Assembly (NCBI GenBank): GCA_964658305.1
Contig: OZ210884.1
Location: 2,356,001-2,420,000 of the forward strand
Direction of reading: 5' to 3'
Source: Leptogorgia sarmentosa
Lineage: Eukaryota
Length of the DNA stretch: 64,000 nt
The notes below the pieces were generated by a model. The model saw only the letters and a list, made by a program, of their open reading frames with translations, did no database searches and had not been told where the DNA came from. The position numbers and the translations under genes are program-made. This document shows, one piece after another, positions 39,968 to 55,200 of this stretch. Every line of letters begins with the position of its first letter. Position 1 is the first letter of the stretch.

Positions 39968-42900
39968 AAACAACGGGCTACCCATCATCATGCCCTTGCT
40001 CGTATTTTTATCACAGCTTTACGAAATTTTTGCTGCACATTGCTCTTGGCATGGTGAAAACGCATGGTAAATTTGGTGGCGACACCAATCAAAATGGAAG
40101 CCACAGAAGCAATCAAGTCCCTTCACTTGGTATGGTATATTTGCTATTGCTATTGCTCCTGTTGAGATTCCTTTGAAACAACGGGCTACCCATCATCATG
40201 CCCTTGCTCGTATTTTTATCACAGGTTTACGACATTTTCGCTGCACATTGCTCTTGGCATGGTGAATGCGCATGGTAAATTTGGTGGCGACACCATTCAA
40301 AATGGAAGCCACAGAAGCAATCAAGTCCCTTCACCTGGTATGGTATATTTGCTATTGCTATTGCTCCTGTTGAGATTCCTTTGAAACAACGGGCTACCCA
40401 TCATCATGCCCTTGCTCGTATTTTTATCACAGGTTTACGAAATTTTCGCTGCACATTGCTCTTTGCGATGGTGAATACGCATGGTAAATTTGGTGGCGAC
40501 ACCATTCAAAATAGAAGCCACAGAAGCAATCAAGTCCCTTCACCTGGTATGGTATATTTGCTATTGCTATTGCTCCTGTTGAGATTCCTTTGAAACAACG
40601 GGCTACCCATCATCATGCCGTTGCTCGTATTTTTATCACAGGTTTACGAAATTTTCGCTGCACATTGCTCTTGGCACGGTGAATACGCATGGTAAATTCG
40701 GTGGCGACACCATTCAAAATGGAAGCCACAGAAGCAATCAAGTCCCTTCACCTGGTATGGTATATTTGCTATTGCTATTGCTCCTGTTGAGATTCCTTTG
40801 AAACAACGGGTTACCCATCATCATGCCCTTGCTCGTATTTTTATCACAGGTTTACGAAATTTTCGCTGCGCATTGCTCTTGGCATGGTGAATACGCATGG
40901 TAAATTTTGTGCCGACACCATTCAAAATGGAAGTCACAGAAGCAATCAAGTCCCTTCACCTGGTATGGTATATTTGCTATTGCTATTGCTCCTGTTGAGA
41001 TTCCTTTGAAACAACGGGCTACCCATCATCATGCCCTTGCTCGTATTTTTATCGCAGGTTTACAAAATTTTCGCTGCACATTGCTCTTGGCATGGTGAAT
41101 ACGCATGGTAAATTTTGTGCCGACACCATTCAATGTGGAAGCCACAGAAGCAATCAAGTCCCTTCACCTGGTATGGTATATTTGCTATTGCTATTGCTCC
41201 TGTTGAGATTCCTTTGAAACAACGGGCTACCCATCATCATGCCCTTGCTCGTATTTTTATCACAGGTTTACGAAATTTTCGCTGCACATTGCTCTTGGCA
41301 TGGTGAATACGCATGGTAAATTCGGTGGCGACACCATTCAAAATGGAAGCCACAGAAGCAATCAAGTCCCTTCACCTGGTATGGTATATTTGCTATTGCT
41401 ATTGCTCCTGTTGAGATTCCTTTGAAACAACGGGCTACCCATCATCATGCCCTTGCTCGTATTTTTATCACAGGTTTACGAAATTTTCGCTGCACATTGC
41501 TCTTGGCGATGGTGAATACGCATGGTAAATTTGGTGGCGACACCATTCAAAATGGAAGCCACAGAAGCAATCAAGTCCCTTCACCTGGTATGGTATATTT
41601 GCTATTGCTATTGCTCCTGTTGAGATTCCTTTGAAACAACGGGCTACCCATCATCATGCCCTTGCTCGTATTTTTATCACAGGTTTACGGAATTTTCGCT
41701 GCACATTGCTCTTGGCGATGGTGAATACGCATGGTAAATTTGGTGGCGACACCATTCAAAATGAAAGCCACAGAAGAAATCAAGTCCCTTCACCTGGTAT
41801 GGTATATTTGCTATTGCTATTGCTCCTGTTGAGATTCCTTTGAAACAACGGGCTACCCATCATCATGCCGTTGCTCGTATTTTTATCACAGGTTTACGAA
41901 ATTTTCGCTGCACATTGCTCTTGGCACGGTGAATACGCATGGTAAATTCGGTGGCGACACCATTCAAAATGGAAGCCACAGAAGCAATCAAGTCCCTTCA
42001 CCTGGTATGGTATATTTGCTATTGCTATTGCTCCTGTTGAGATTCCTTTGAAACAACGGGTTACCCATCATCATGCCCTTGCTCGTATTTTTATCACAGG
42101 TTTACGAAATTTTCGCTGCGCATTGCTCTTGGCATGGTGAATACGCATGGTAAATTTTGTGCCGACACCATTCAAAATGGAAGTCACAGAAGCAATCAAG
42201 TCCCTTCACCTGGTATGGTATATTTGCTATTGCTATTGCTCCTGTTGAGATTCCTTTGAAACAACGGGCTACCCATCATCATGCCCTTGCTCGTATTTTT
42301 ATCGCAGGTTTACAAAATTTTCGCTGCACATTGCTCTTGGCATGGTGAATACGCATGGTAAATTTTGTGCCGACACCATTCAATGTGGAAGCCACAGAAG
42401 CAATCAAGTCCCTTCACCTGGTATGGTATATTTGCTATTGCTATTGCTCCTGTTGAGATTCCTTTGAAACAACGGGCTACCCATCATCATGCCCTTGCTC
42501 GTATTTTTATCACAGGTTTACGAAATTTTCGCTGCACATTGCTCTTGGCATGGTGAATACGCATGGTAAATTCGGTGGCGACACCATTCAAAATGGAAGC
42601 CACAGAAGCAATCAAGTCCCTTCACCTGGTATGGTATATTTGCTATTGCTATTGCTCCTGTTGAGATTCCTTTGAAACAACGGGCTACCCATCATCATGC
42701 CCTTGCTCGTATTTTTATCACAGGTTTACGAAATTTTCGCTGCACATTGCTCTTGGCGATGGTGAATACGCATGGTAAATTTGGTGGCGACACCATTCAA
42801 AATGGAAGCCACAGAAGCAATCAAGTCCCTTCACCTGGTATGGTATATTTGCTATTGCTATTGCTCCTGTTGAGATTCCTTTGAAACAACGGGCTACCCA

Positions 42901-45900
42901 TCATCATGCCCTTGCTCGTATTTTTATCACAGGTTTACGGAATTTTCGCTGCACATTGCTCTTGGCGATGGTGAATACGCATGGTAAATTTGGTGGCGAC
43001 ACCATTCAAAATGAAAGCCACAGAAGAAATCAAGTCCCTTCACCTGGTATGGTATATTTGCTATTGCTATTGCTCCTGTTGAGATTCCTTTCAAACAACG
43101 GGCTACCCATCATCATGCCCTTGCTCGTATTTTTATCACAGCTTTACGAAATTTTTGCTGCACATTGCTCTTGGCATGGTGAAAACGCATGGTAAATTTG
43201 GTGGCGACACCAATCAAAATGGAAGCCACAGAAGCAATCAAGTCCCTTCACTTGGTATGGTATATTTGCTATTGCTATTGCTCCTGTTGAGATTCCTTTG
43301 AAACAACGGGCTACCCATCATCATGCCCTTGCTCGTATTTTTATCACAGGTTTACGACATTTTCGCTGCACATTGCTCTTGGCATGGTGAATGCGCATGG
43401 TAAATTTGGTGGCGACACCATTCAAAATGGAAGCCACAGAAGCAATCAAGTCCCTTCACCTGGTATGGTATATTTGCTATTGCTATTGCTCCTGTTGAGA
43501 TTCCTTTGAAACAACGGGCTACCCATCATCATGCCCTTGCTCGTATTTTTATCACAGGTTTACGAAATTTTCGCTGCACATTGCTCTTTGCGATGGTGAA
43601 TACGCATGGTAAATTTGGTGGCGACACCATTCAAAATAGAAGCCACAGAAGCAATCAAGTCCCTTCACCTGGTATGGTATATTTGCTATTGCTATTGCTC
43701 CTGTTGAGATTCCTTTGAAACAACGGGCTACCCATCATCATGCCGTTGCTCGTATTTTTATCACAGGTTTACGAAATTTTCGCTGCACATTGCTCTTGGC
43801 ACGGTGAATACGCATGGTAAATTCGGTGGCGACACCATTCAAAATGGAAGCCACAGAAGCAATCAAGTCCCTTCACCTGGTATGGTATATTTGCTATTGC
43901 TATTGCTCCTGTTGAGATTCCTTTGAAACAACGGGTTACCCATCATCATGCCCTTGCTCGTATTTTTATCACAGGTTTACGAAATTTTCGCTGCGCATTG
44001 CTCTTGGCATGGTGAATACGCATGGTAAATTTTGTGCCGACACCATTCAAAATGGAAGTCACAGAAGCAATCAAGTCCCTTCACCTGGTATGGTATATTT
44101 GCTATTGCTATTGCTCCTGTTGAGATTCCTTTGAAACAACGGGCTACCCATCATCATGCCCTTGCTCGTATTTTTATCGCAGGTTTACAAAATTTTCGCT
44201 GCACATTGCTCTTGGCATGGTGAATACGCATGGTAAATTTTGTGCCGACACCATTCAATGTGGAAGCCACAGAAGCAATCAAGTCCCTTCACCTGGTATG
44301 GTATATTTGCTATTGCTATTGCTCCTGTTGAGATTCCTTTGAAACAACGGGCTACCCATCATCATGCCCTTGCTCGTATTTTTATCACAGGTTTACGAAA
44401 TTTTCGCTGCACATTGCTCTTGGCATGGTGAATACGCATGGTAAATTCGGTGGCGACACCATTCAAAATGGAAGCCACAGAAGCAATCAAGTCCCTTCAC
44501 CTGGTATGGTATATTTGCTATTGCTATTGCTCCTGTTGAGATTCCTTTGAAACAACGGGCTACCCATCATCATGCCCTTGCTCGTATTTTTATCACAGGT
44601 TTACGAAATTTTCGCTGCACATTGCTCTTGGCGATGGTGAATACGCATGGTAAATTTGGTGGCGACACCATTCAAAATGGAAGCCACAGAAGCAATCAAG
44701 TCCCTTCACCTGGTATGGTATATTTGCTATTGCTATTGCTCCTGTTGAGATTCCTTTGAAACAACGGGCTACCCATCATCATGCCCTTGCTCGTATTTTT
44801 ATCACAGGTTTACGGAATTTTCGCTGCACATTGCTCTTGGCGATGGTGAATACGCATGGTAAATTTGGTGGCGACACCATTCAAAATGAAAGCCACAGAA
44901 GAAATCAAGTCCCTTCACCTGGTATGGTATATTTGCTATTGCTATTGCTCCTGTTGAGATTCCTTTGAAACAACGGGCTACCCATCATCATGCCGTTGCT
45001 CGTATTTTTATCACAGGTTTACGAAATTTTCGCTGCACATTGCTCTTGGCACGGTGAATACGCATGGTAAATTCGGTGGCGACACCATTCAAAATGGAAG
45101 CCACAGAAGCAATCAAGTCCCTTCACCTGGTATGGTATATTTGCTATTGCTATTGCTCCTGTTGAGATTCCTTTGAAACAACGGGTTACCCATCATCATG
45201 CCCTTGCTCGTATTTTTATCACAGGTTTACGAAATTTTCGCTGCGCATTGCTCTTGGCATGGTGAATACGCATGGTAAATTTTGTGCCGACACCATTCAA
45301 AATGGAAGTCACAGAAGCAATCAAGTCCCTTCACCTGGTATGGTATATTTGCTATTGCTATTGCTCCTGTTGAGATTCCTTTGAAACAACGGGCTACCCA
45401 TCATCATGCCCTTGCTCGTATTTTTATCGCAGGTTTACAAAATTTTCGCTGCACATTGCTCTTGGCATGGTGAATACGCATGGTAAATTTTGTGCCGACA
45501 CCATTCAATGTGGAAGCCACAGAAGCAATCAAGTCCCTTCACCTGGTATGGTATATTTGCTATTGCTATTGCTCCTGTTGAGATTCCTTTGAAACAACGG
45601 GCTACCCATCATCATGCCCTTGCTCGTATTTTTATCACAGGTTTACGAAATTTTCGCTGCACATTGCTCTTGGCATGGTGAATACGCATGGTAAATTCGG
45701 TGGCGACACCATTCAAAATGGAAGCCACAGAAGCAATCAAGTCCCTTCACCTGGTATGGTATATTTGCTATTGCTATTGCTCCTGTTGAGATTCCTTTGA
45801 AACAACGGGCTACCCATCATCATGCCCTTGCTCGTATTTTTATCACAGGTTTACGAAATTTTCGCTGCACATTGCTCTTGGCGATGGTGAATACGCATGG

Positions 45901-46266
45901 TAAATTTGGTGGCGACACCATTCAAAATGGAAGCCACAGAAGCAATCAAGTCCCTTCACCTGGTATGGTATATTTGCTATTGCTATTGCTCCTGTTGAGA
46001 TTCCTTTGAAACAACGGGCTACCCATCATCATGCCCTTGCTCGTATTTTTATCACAGGTTTACGGAATTTTCGCTGCACATTGCTCTTGGCGATGGTGAA
46101 TACGCATGGTAAATTTGGTGGCGACACCATTCAAAATGAAAGCCACAGAAGAAATCAAGTCCCTTCACCTGGTATGGTATATTTGCTATTGCTATTGCTC
46201 CTGTTGAGATTCCTTTCAAACAACGGGCTACCCATCATCATGCCCTTGCTCGTATTTTTATCACAG
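39968..46266. repeat. Nested higher-order repeat: 3125-bp 15-mer x2, each made of a 625-bp 3-mer plus two 1250-bp 6-mers
   Basis: ORF offset 40381/43506 equals 3125. Offsets 40907/42157 and 44032/45282 equal 1250. Markers GGTGAAAACGC, GCCGTTG, TTTGTGCCG and CAATGTGG recur accordingly. Confidence 0.94.
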
Positions 46267-46269
46267 GTT

Positions 46270-49200
46270 TACGAAATTTTCGCTGCACATTGTTCTTGGC
46301 ATGGTGAATACGCATGGTAAATTTGGTGGCGACACCTTTCAAAATGGAAGCCACAGAAGCAATCAAGTCCCTTCACCTGGTATGGTATATCTGCTATTGC
46401 TCCTGTTGAGATTCCTTTGAAACAACGGGCTACCCATCATCATGCCCTTGCTCGTATTTTTATCACAGGTTTACAAAATGTTTGCTGCACATTGCTCTTG
46501 GCATGGTGAATACGCATGGTAAATTTGGTGGCGACACCATTCAAAATGGAAGCCACAGAAGCAATCAAGTCCCTTCACCTGGTATGGTATATCTGCTATT
46601 GCTCCTGTTGAGATTCCTTTGAAACAACGGGCTACCCATCATCATGCCCTTGCTCGTATTTTTATCGCAGGTTTACAAAATTTTCGCTGCACATTGCTCT
46701 CGGCATGGTGAATACGCATGGTAAATTTTGTGCCGACACCATTCAATGTGGAAGCCACAGAAGCAATCAAGTCCCTTCACCTGGTATGGTATATTTGCTA
46801 TTGCTATTGCTCCTGTTGAGATTCCTTTGAAACAACGGGCTACCCATCATCATGCCCTTGCTCGTATTTTTATCACAGGTTTACGAAATTTTCGCTGCAC
46901 ATTGCTCTTGGCATGGTGAATACGCATGGTAAATTTGGTGGCGACACCAATCAAAATGGAAGCCACAGAAGCAATCAAGTCCCTTCACTTGGTATGGTGT
47001 ATTTGCTATTGCTATTGCTCCTGTTGAGATTCCTTTGAAACAACGGGCTACCCATCATCATGCCCTTGCTCGTATTTTTATCACAGGTTTACGAAATTTT
47101 CGCTGCACATTCCTCTTGGCGATGGTGAATACCCATGGTAAATTTTAGTGGCGACACCATTCAAAATAGAAGCCACAGAAGCATTCAAATCCCTTCACCT
47201 GGTATGGTATATTTGCTATTGCTATTGCTCCTGTTGAGATTCCTTTGAAACAACGGGCTACCCATCATCATGCCGTTGCTCGTATTTTTATCACAGGTTT
47301 ACGAAATTTTCGCTGCACATTGCTCTTGGCGATGGTGAATACGCATGGTAAATTTGGTGGCGACACCATTTAAAATGGAAGCCACAGAAGCAATCAAGTC
47401 CCTTCACCCGGTATGGTATATTTGCTATTGCTATTGGTCCTGTTGAGATTCCTTTGAAACAACGGGCTACCCATCATCATGCCCTTGCTCGTATTTTTAT
47501 CACAGGTTTACGAAATTTACGCTGCTCATTGCTCTTGGCACGGTGAATACGCATGGTAAATTCGGTGGCGACACCATTCAAAATGGAAGCCACAGAAGCA
47601 ATCAAGTCCCTTCACCTGGTATGGTATATTTGCTATTGCTATTGCTCCTGTTGAGATTCCTTTGAAACAACGGGCTACCCATCATCATGCCCTTGCTCGT
47701 ATTTTTATCGCAGGTTTACGACATTTTCGCTGCACATTGCTCTTGGCATGGTGAATACGCACGGTAAATTTGGTGGCGACACCATTCAAAATGGAAGCCA
47801 CAGAAGCAATCAAGTCCCTTCACTTGGTATGGTATATTTGCTATTGCTATTGCTCCTGTTGAGATTCCTTTGAAACAACGGGCTACCCATCATCATGCCC
47901 TTGCTCGTATTTTTATCACAGGTTTACGAAATTTTCGCTGCACATTGCTCTTGGCGATGGTGAATACGCATGGTAAATTTGGTGGCGACACCATTCAAAA
48001 TGGAAGCCACAGAAGCAATCAAGTCCCTTCACCTGGTATGGTATATTTGCTATTGCTATTGCTCCTGTTGAGATTCCTTTGAAACAACGGGCTACCCATC
48101 ATCATGCCCTTGCTCGTATTTTTATCACAGGTTTACGGAATTTTCGCTGCACATTGCTCTTGGCGATGGTGAATACGCATGGTAAATTTGGTGGCGACAC
48201 CATTCAAAATGAAAGCCACAGAAGAAATCAAGCCCCTTCACCTGGTATGGTATATTTGCTATTGCTATTGCTCCTGTTGAGATTCCTTTCAAACAACGGG
48301 CTACCCATCATCATGCCCTTGCTCGTATTTTTATCACAGGTTTACGAAATTTTCGCTGCACATTGCTCTTGGCATGGTGAATACGCATGGTAAATTTGGT
48401 GGCGACACCATTCAAAATGGAAGCCACAGAAGCAATCAAGTCCCTTCACCTGGTATGGTATATCTGCTATTGCTCCTGTTGAGATTCCTTTGAAACAACG
48501 GGCTATCCATCATCATGCCCTTGCTCGTATTTTTATCACAGGTTTACAAAATGTTTGCTGCACATTGCTCTTGGCATGGTGAATACGCATGGTAAATTTG
48601 GTGGCGACACCATTCAAAATGGAAGCCACAGAAGCAATCAAGTCCCTTCACCTGGTATGGTATATCTGCTATTGCTCCTGTTGAGATTCCTTTGAAACAA
48701 CGGGCTACCCATCATCATGCCCTTGCTCGTGTTTTTATCACAGGTTTACGAAATTTTCGCTGCACATTGCTCTTGGCATGGCGAATACGCATGGTAAATT
48801 TGGTGGCGACACCATTCAAAATGGAAGCCACAGAAGCAATCAAGTCCCTTCACCTGGTATGGTATATTTGCTGTTGCTATTGCTCCTGTTGAGATTCCTT
48901 TGAAACAACGGGCTACCCATCATCATGCCCTTGCTCGTATTTTTATCACAGGTTTACGAAATTTTCGCTACACATTGCTCTTGGCATGGTGAATACGCAT
49001 GGTAAATTTGGTGGCGACACCATTCAAAATGGAAGCCACAGAAGCAATCAAGTCCCTTCACCTGGTATGGTATATTTGCTATTGCTATTGCTCCTGTTGA
49101 GATTCCTTTGAAACAACGGGCTACCCATCATCATGCCCTTGCTCGTATTTTTATCACAGGTTTACGAAATTTTCGCTGCACATTGCTCTTGGCATGGCGA

Positions 49201-52200
49201 ATACGCATGGTAAATTTGGTGGCGACACCATTCAAAATGGAAGCCACAGAAGCAATCAAGTCCCTTCACCTGGTATGGTATATTTGCTGTTGCTATTGCT
49301 CCTGTTGAGATTCCTTTGAAACAACGGGCTACCCATCATCATGCCCTTGCTCGTATTTTTATCACAGGTTTACGAAATTTTCGCTACACATTGCTCTTGG
49401 CATGGTGAATGCGCATGGTAAATTTGGTGGCGACACCATTCAAAATGGAAGCCACAGAAGCAATCAAGTCCCTTCACCTGGTATGGTATATTTGCTATTG
49501 CTATTGCTCCTGTTGAGATTCCTTTGAAACAACGGGCTACCCATCATCATGCCCTTGCTCGTATTTTTATCACAGGTTTACGAAATTTTCGCTGCACATT
49601 GCTCTTGGCACGGTGAATACGCATGGTAAATTTGGTGGCGACACCATTCAAAATGGAAGCCACAGAAGTAATCAAGTCCCTTCACCTGGTATGGTATATT
49701 TGCTATTTCTATTGCTCCTGTTGAGATTGCTTTGAAACAACGGGCTACCCATCATCATGCCCTTGCTCGTATTTTTATCACAGGTTTACGAACTTTTCCC
49801 TGCACATTGCCCCTGGCATGGTGAATACGCATGGGAAATTTGGTGGCGACACCATTCAAAATGGAAGCCACAGAAGCAATCAAGTCCCTTCACCTGGTAT
49901 GGTATATTTGCTATTGCTATTGCTCCTGTTGAGATTCCTTTGAAACAACGTGCTACCCATCATCATGCCCTTGCTCGTATTTTTATCACAGGTTTACGAA
50001 ATTTTCGCTGCACATTGCTCTTGGCGATGGTGAATACGCATGGTAAATTTGGTGGCGACACCATTCAAAATGGAAGCCACAGAAGCAATCAAGTCCCTTC
50101 ACCTGGTATGGTATATTTGCTATTGCTATTGCTCCTGTTGAGATTCCTTTGAAACAACGGGCTACCCATCATCATGCCCTTGCTCGTATTTTTATCACAG
50201 GTTTACGAAATTTTCGCTGCACATTGCTCTTGGCATGGTGAATACGCATGGTAAATTTGGTTGCGACACCATTCAAAATGGAAGCCACAGAAGCAATCAA
50301 GTCCCTTCACCTGGTATGGTATATTTGCTATTGCTATTGCTCCTGTTGAGATTCCTTTGAAACAACGGGCTACCCATCATCATGCCCTTGCTCGTATTTT
50401 TATCACAGGTTTACGGAATTTTCGCTACACATTGCTCTTGGCATGGTGAATACGCATGGTAAATTTGGTGGCGACACCATTCAAAATGGAAGCCACAGAA
50501 GCAATCAAGTCCCTTCACCTGGTATGGTATATTTGCTATTGCTATTGCTCCTGTTGAGATTCCTTTGAAACAACGGGCTACCCATCATCATGCCCTTGCT
50601 CGTATTTTTATCACAGGTTTACGGTATTTTCGCTACACATTGCTCTTGGCATGGTGAATACGCATGGTAAATTTGGTGGCGACACCATTCAAAATGGAAG
50701 CCACAGAAGAAATCAAGTCCCTTCACCTGGTATGGTATATTTGCTGTTGCTATTGCTCCTGTTGAGATTTCTTTGAAACAACGGGCTACCCATCATCATG
50801 CCCTTGCTCTTATTTTTATCACAGGTTTACGAAATTTTCGCTGCACATTGCTCTTGGCATGGTGAATACGCATGGTAAATTTGGTGGCGACACCATTCAA
50901 AATGGAAGCCACAGAAGCAATCAAGTCCCTTCACCTGGTATGGTATATTTGCTATTGCTATTGCTCCTGTTGAGATTCCGTTGAAACAACGGGCTACCCA
51001 TCATCATGCCCTTGCTCGTATTTTTATCACAGGTTTACGAAATTTTCGCTGCACATTGCTCATGGCGATGGTGAATACGCATGGTAAATTTGGTGGCGAC
51101 ACCATTCAAAATGGAAGCCACAGAAGCAATCAAGTCCCTTCACCTGGTATGGTATATTTGCTATTGCTATTGCTCCTGTTGAGATTGCTTTGAAACAACG
51201 GGCTACCCATCATCATGCCCTTGCTCGTATTTTTATCACAGGTTTACGAACTTTTCCCTGCACATTGCCCCTGGCATGGTGAATACGCATGGTAAATTTG
51301 GTGGCGACACCATTCAAAATGGAAGCCACAGAAGCAATCAAGTTCCTTCACCTGGTATGGTATATTTGCTATTGCTATTGCTCCTGTTGAGATTCCTTTG
51401 AAACAACGGGCTACCCATCATCATGCCCTTGCTCGTATTTTTATCACAGGTTTACGGAATTTTCGCTGCACATTGCTCTTGGCGATGGTGAATACACATG
51501 GTATATTTGGTGGCGACACCATTCAAAATGGAAGCCACAGAAGCAATCAAGTACCTTCACCTGGTATGGTATATTTGCTATTGCTATTGCTCCTGTTGAG
51601 ATTCCTTAGAAACAACGGGCTACCCATCATCATGCCCTTGCTGGTATTTTTATCACAGGTTTACGAAATTTTCGCTGCACATTGCTCTTGGCGATGGTGA
51701 ATACGCATGGTAAATTTGGTGGCGACACCATTCAAAATGGAAGCCACAGAAGCAATCAAGTCCCTTCACCTGGTATGGTATATTTGCTACTGCTATTGCT
51801 CCTGTTGAGATTGCTTTGAAACAACGGGCTACCCATCATCATGCCCTTGCTCGTATTTTTATCGCAGGTTTACGAAATTTTCGCTGCACATTGCTCTTGG
51901 CGATGGTGAATACGCATGGTAAATTTGGTGGCGACACCATTCAAAATGGAAGCCACAGAAGCAATCAAGTCCCTTCACCTGGTATGGTATATTTGCTATT
52001 GCTCCTGTTGAGATTCCTTTGAAACAACGGGCTACCCATCATCATGCCCTTGCTCGTATTTTTATCACAGGTTTACGGTATTTTCGCTACACATTGCTCT
52101 TGGCATGGTGAATACGCATGGTAAATTTGGTGGCGACACCATTCAAAATGGAAGCCAGAGAAGCAATCAAGTCCCTTCACCTGGTATGGTATATCTGCTA

Positions 52201-55200
52201 TTGCTCCTGTTGAGATTCCTTTGAAACAACGGGCTACCCATCATCATGCCCTTGCTCGTATTTTTATCACAGGTTTACGACATTTTCGCTGCACATTGCT
52301 CTTGGCATGTTGAATACGCATGGTAAATTTGGTGGCGACACCATTCAAAATGGAAGCCACAGAAGCAATCAAGTCCCTTAACCTGGTATGGTATATTTGC
52401 TATTGCTCCTGTTGAGATTCCTTTGAAACAACGGGCTACCCATCATCATGCCCTTGCTCGTATTTTTATCACAGGTTTACGGTATTTTCGCTACACATTG
52501 CTCTTGGCATGGTGAATACGCATGGTAAATTTGGTGGCGACACCATTCAAAATGGAAGCCAGAGAAGCAATCAAGTCCCTTCACCTGGTATGGTATATCT
52601 GCTATTGCTCCTGTTGAGATTCCTTTGAAACAACGGGCTACCCATCATCATGCCCTTGCTCGTATTTTTATCACAGGTTTACGACATTTTCGCTGCACAT
52701 TGCTCTTGGCATGTTGAATACGCATGGTAAATTTGGTGGCGACACCATTCAAAATGGAAGCCACAGAAGCAATCAAGTCCCTTCACCTGGTATGGTATAT
52801 TTGCTATTGCTATTGCTCCTGTTGAGATTCTTTGAAACAACGGGCTACCCATCATCATGCCCTTGCTCGTATTTTTATCACAGGTTTACGAAATTTTCGC
52901 TGCACATTGCCCTTGGCATGGTGAATACGCATGGTAAATTTGGTGGCGACACCATTCAAAATGGAAGCCACAGAAGCAATCAAGTCCCTTCACCTGGTAT
53001 GGTATATTTGCTATTGCTATTGCTCCTGTTGAGATTCCTTTGAAACAACGGGCTACCCGTCATCATGCCCTTGCTCGTATTTTTATCACAGGTTTGCGGA
53101 ATTTTCGCTACACATTGCTCTTGGCATGGTGAATACGCATGGTAAATTTGGTGGCGACACCATTCAAAATGGAAGCCACAGAAGCAATCAAGTCCCTTCA
53201 CCTGGTATGGTATATTTGCTATTGCTATTGCTCCTGTTGAGATTCCTTTGAAACAACGTGCTACCCATCATCATGCCCTTGCTCGTATTTTTATCACAGG
53301 TTTACGAAATTTTCGCTGCACATTGCTCTTGGCGATGGTGAATACGCATGGTAAATTTGGTGGCGACACCATTCAAAATGGAAGCCACAGAAGCAATCAA
53401 GTCCCTTCACCTGGTATGGTATATTTGCTATTGCTATTGCTCCTGTTGAGATTCCTTTGAAACAACGGGCTACCCATCATCATGCCCTTGCTCGTATTTT
53501 TATCACAGGTTTACGGAATTTTCGCTACACATTGCTCTTGGCATGGTGAATACGCATGGTAAATTTGGTGGCGACACCATTCAAAATGGAAGCCAGAGAA
53601 GCAATCAAGTCCCTTCACCTGGTATGGTATATCTGCTATTGCTCCTGTTGAGATTCCTTTGAAACAACGGGCTACCCATCATCATGCCCTTGCTCGTATT
53701 TTTATCACAGGTTTACGAAATTTTCGCTGCACATTGCTCTTGGCATGGCGAATACGCATGGTAAATTTGGTGGCGACACCATTCAAAATGGAAGCCACAG
53801 AAGCAATCAAGTCCCTTCACCTGGTATGGTATATTTGCTGTTGCTATTGCTCCTGTTGAGATTCCTTTGAAACAACGGGCTACCCATCATCATGCCCTTG
53901 CTCGTATTTTTATCACAGGTTTACGAAATTTTCGCTACACATTGCTCTTGGCATGGTGAATACGCATGGTAAATTTGGTGGCGACACCATTCAAAATGGA
54001 AGCCACAGAAGCAATCAAGTCCCTTCACCTGGTATGGTATATTTGCTATTGCTATTGCTCCTGTTGAGATTCCTTTGAAACAACGGGCTACCCATCATCA
54101 TGCCCTTGCTCGTATTTTTCTCACAGGTTTACTAAATTTTCGCTGCACATTGCTCTTGGCATGGTGAATACGCATGGTAAATTTGGTGGCGACACCGTTC
54201 AAAATGGAAGCCACAGAAGTAATCAAGTCCCTTCACCTGGTATGGTATATTTGCTATTGCTATTGCTCCTGTTGAGATTGCTTTGAAACAACGGGCTACC
54301 CATCATCATGCCCTTGCTCGTATTTTTATCCCAGGTTTACGAACTTTTCCCTGCACATTGCCCCTGGCATGGTGAATACGCATGGGAAATTTGGTGGCGA
54401 CACCATTCAAAATGGAAGCCACAGAAGCAATCAAGTCCCTTCACCTGGTATGGTATATTTGCTATTGCTATTGCTCCTGTTGAGATTCCTTTGAAACAAC
54501 GTGCTACCCATCATCATGCCCTTGCTCGTATTTTTATCACAGGTTTACGAAATTTTCGCTGCACATTGCTCTTGGCGATGGTGAATACGCATGGTAAATT
54601 TGGTGGCAACACCATTCAAAATGGAAGCCACAGAAGCAATCAAGTCCCTTCACCTGGTATGGTATATTTGCTATTGCTATTGCTCCTGTTGAGATTCCTT
54701 TGAAACAACGGGCTACCCATCATCATGCCCTTCCTCGTATTTTTATCGCAGGTTTACGAAATTTTCGCTGCACATTGCTCTTGGCATGGTGAATACGCAT
54801 GGTAAATTTTGTGCCAACACCATTCAATGTGGAAGCCACAGAAGCAATCACGTCCCTTCACCTGGTATGGTATATTTGCTATTGCTATTGCTCCTGTTGA
54901 GATTCCTTTGAAACAACGGGCTACCCATCATCATGCCCTTGCTCGTATTTTTATCACAGGTTTACGACATTTTCGCTGCACATTGCTCTTGGCATGGTGA
55001 ATACGCATGGTAAATTTGGTGGCGACACCATTCAAAATGGAAGCCACAGAAGCAATCAAGTCCCTTCACCTGGTATGGTATATTTGCTATTGCTATTGCT
55101 CCTGTTGAGATTCTTTGAAACAACGGGCTACCCATCATCATGCCCTTGCTCGTATTTTTATCACAGGTTTACGAAATTTTCGCTGCACATTGCCCTTGGC

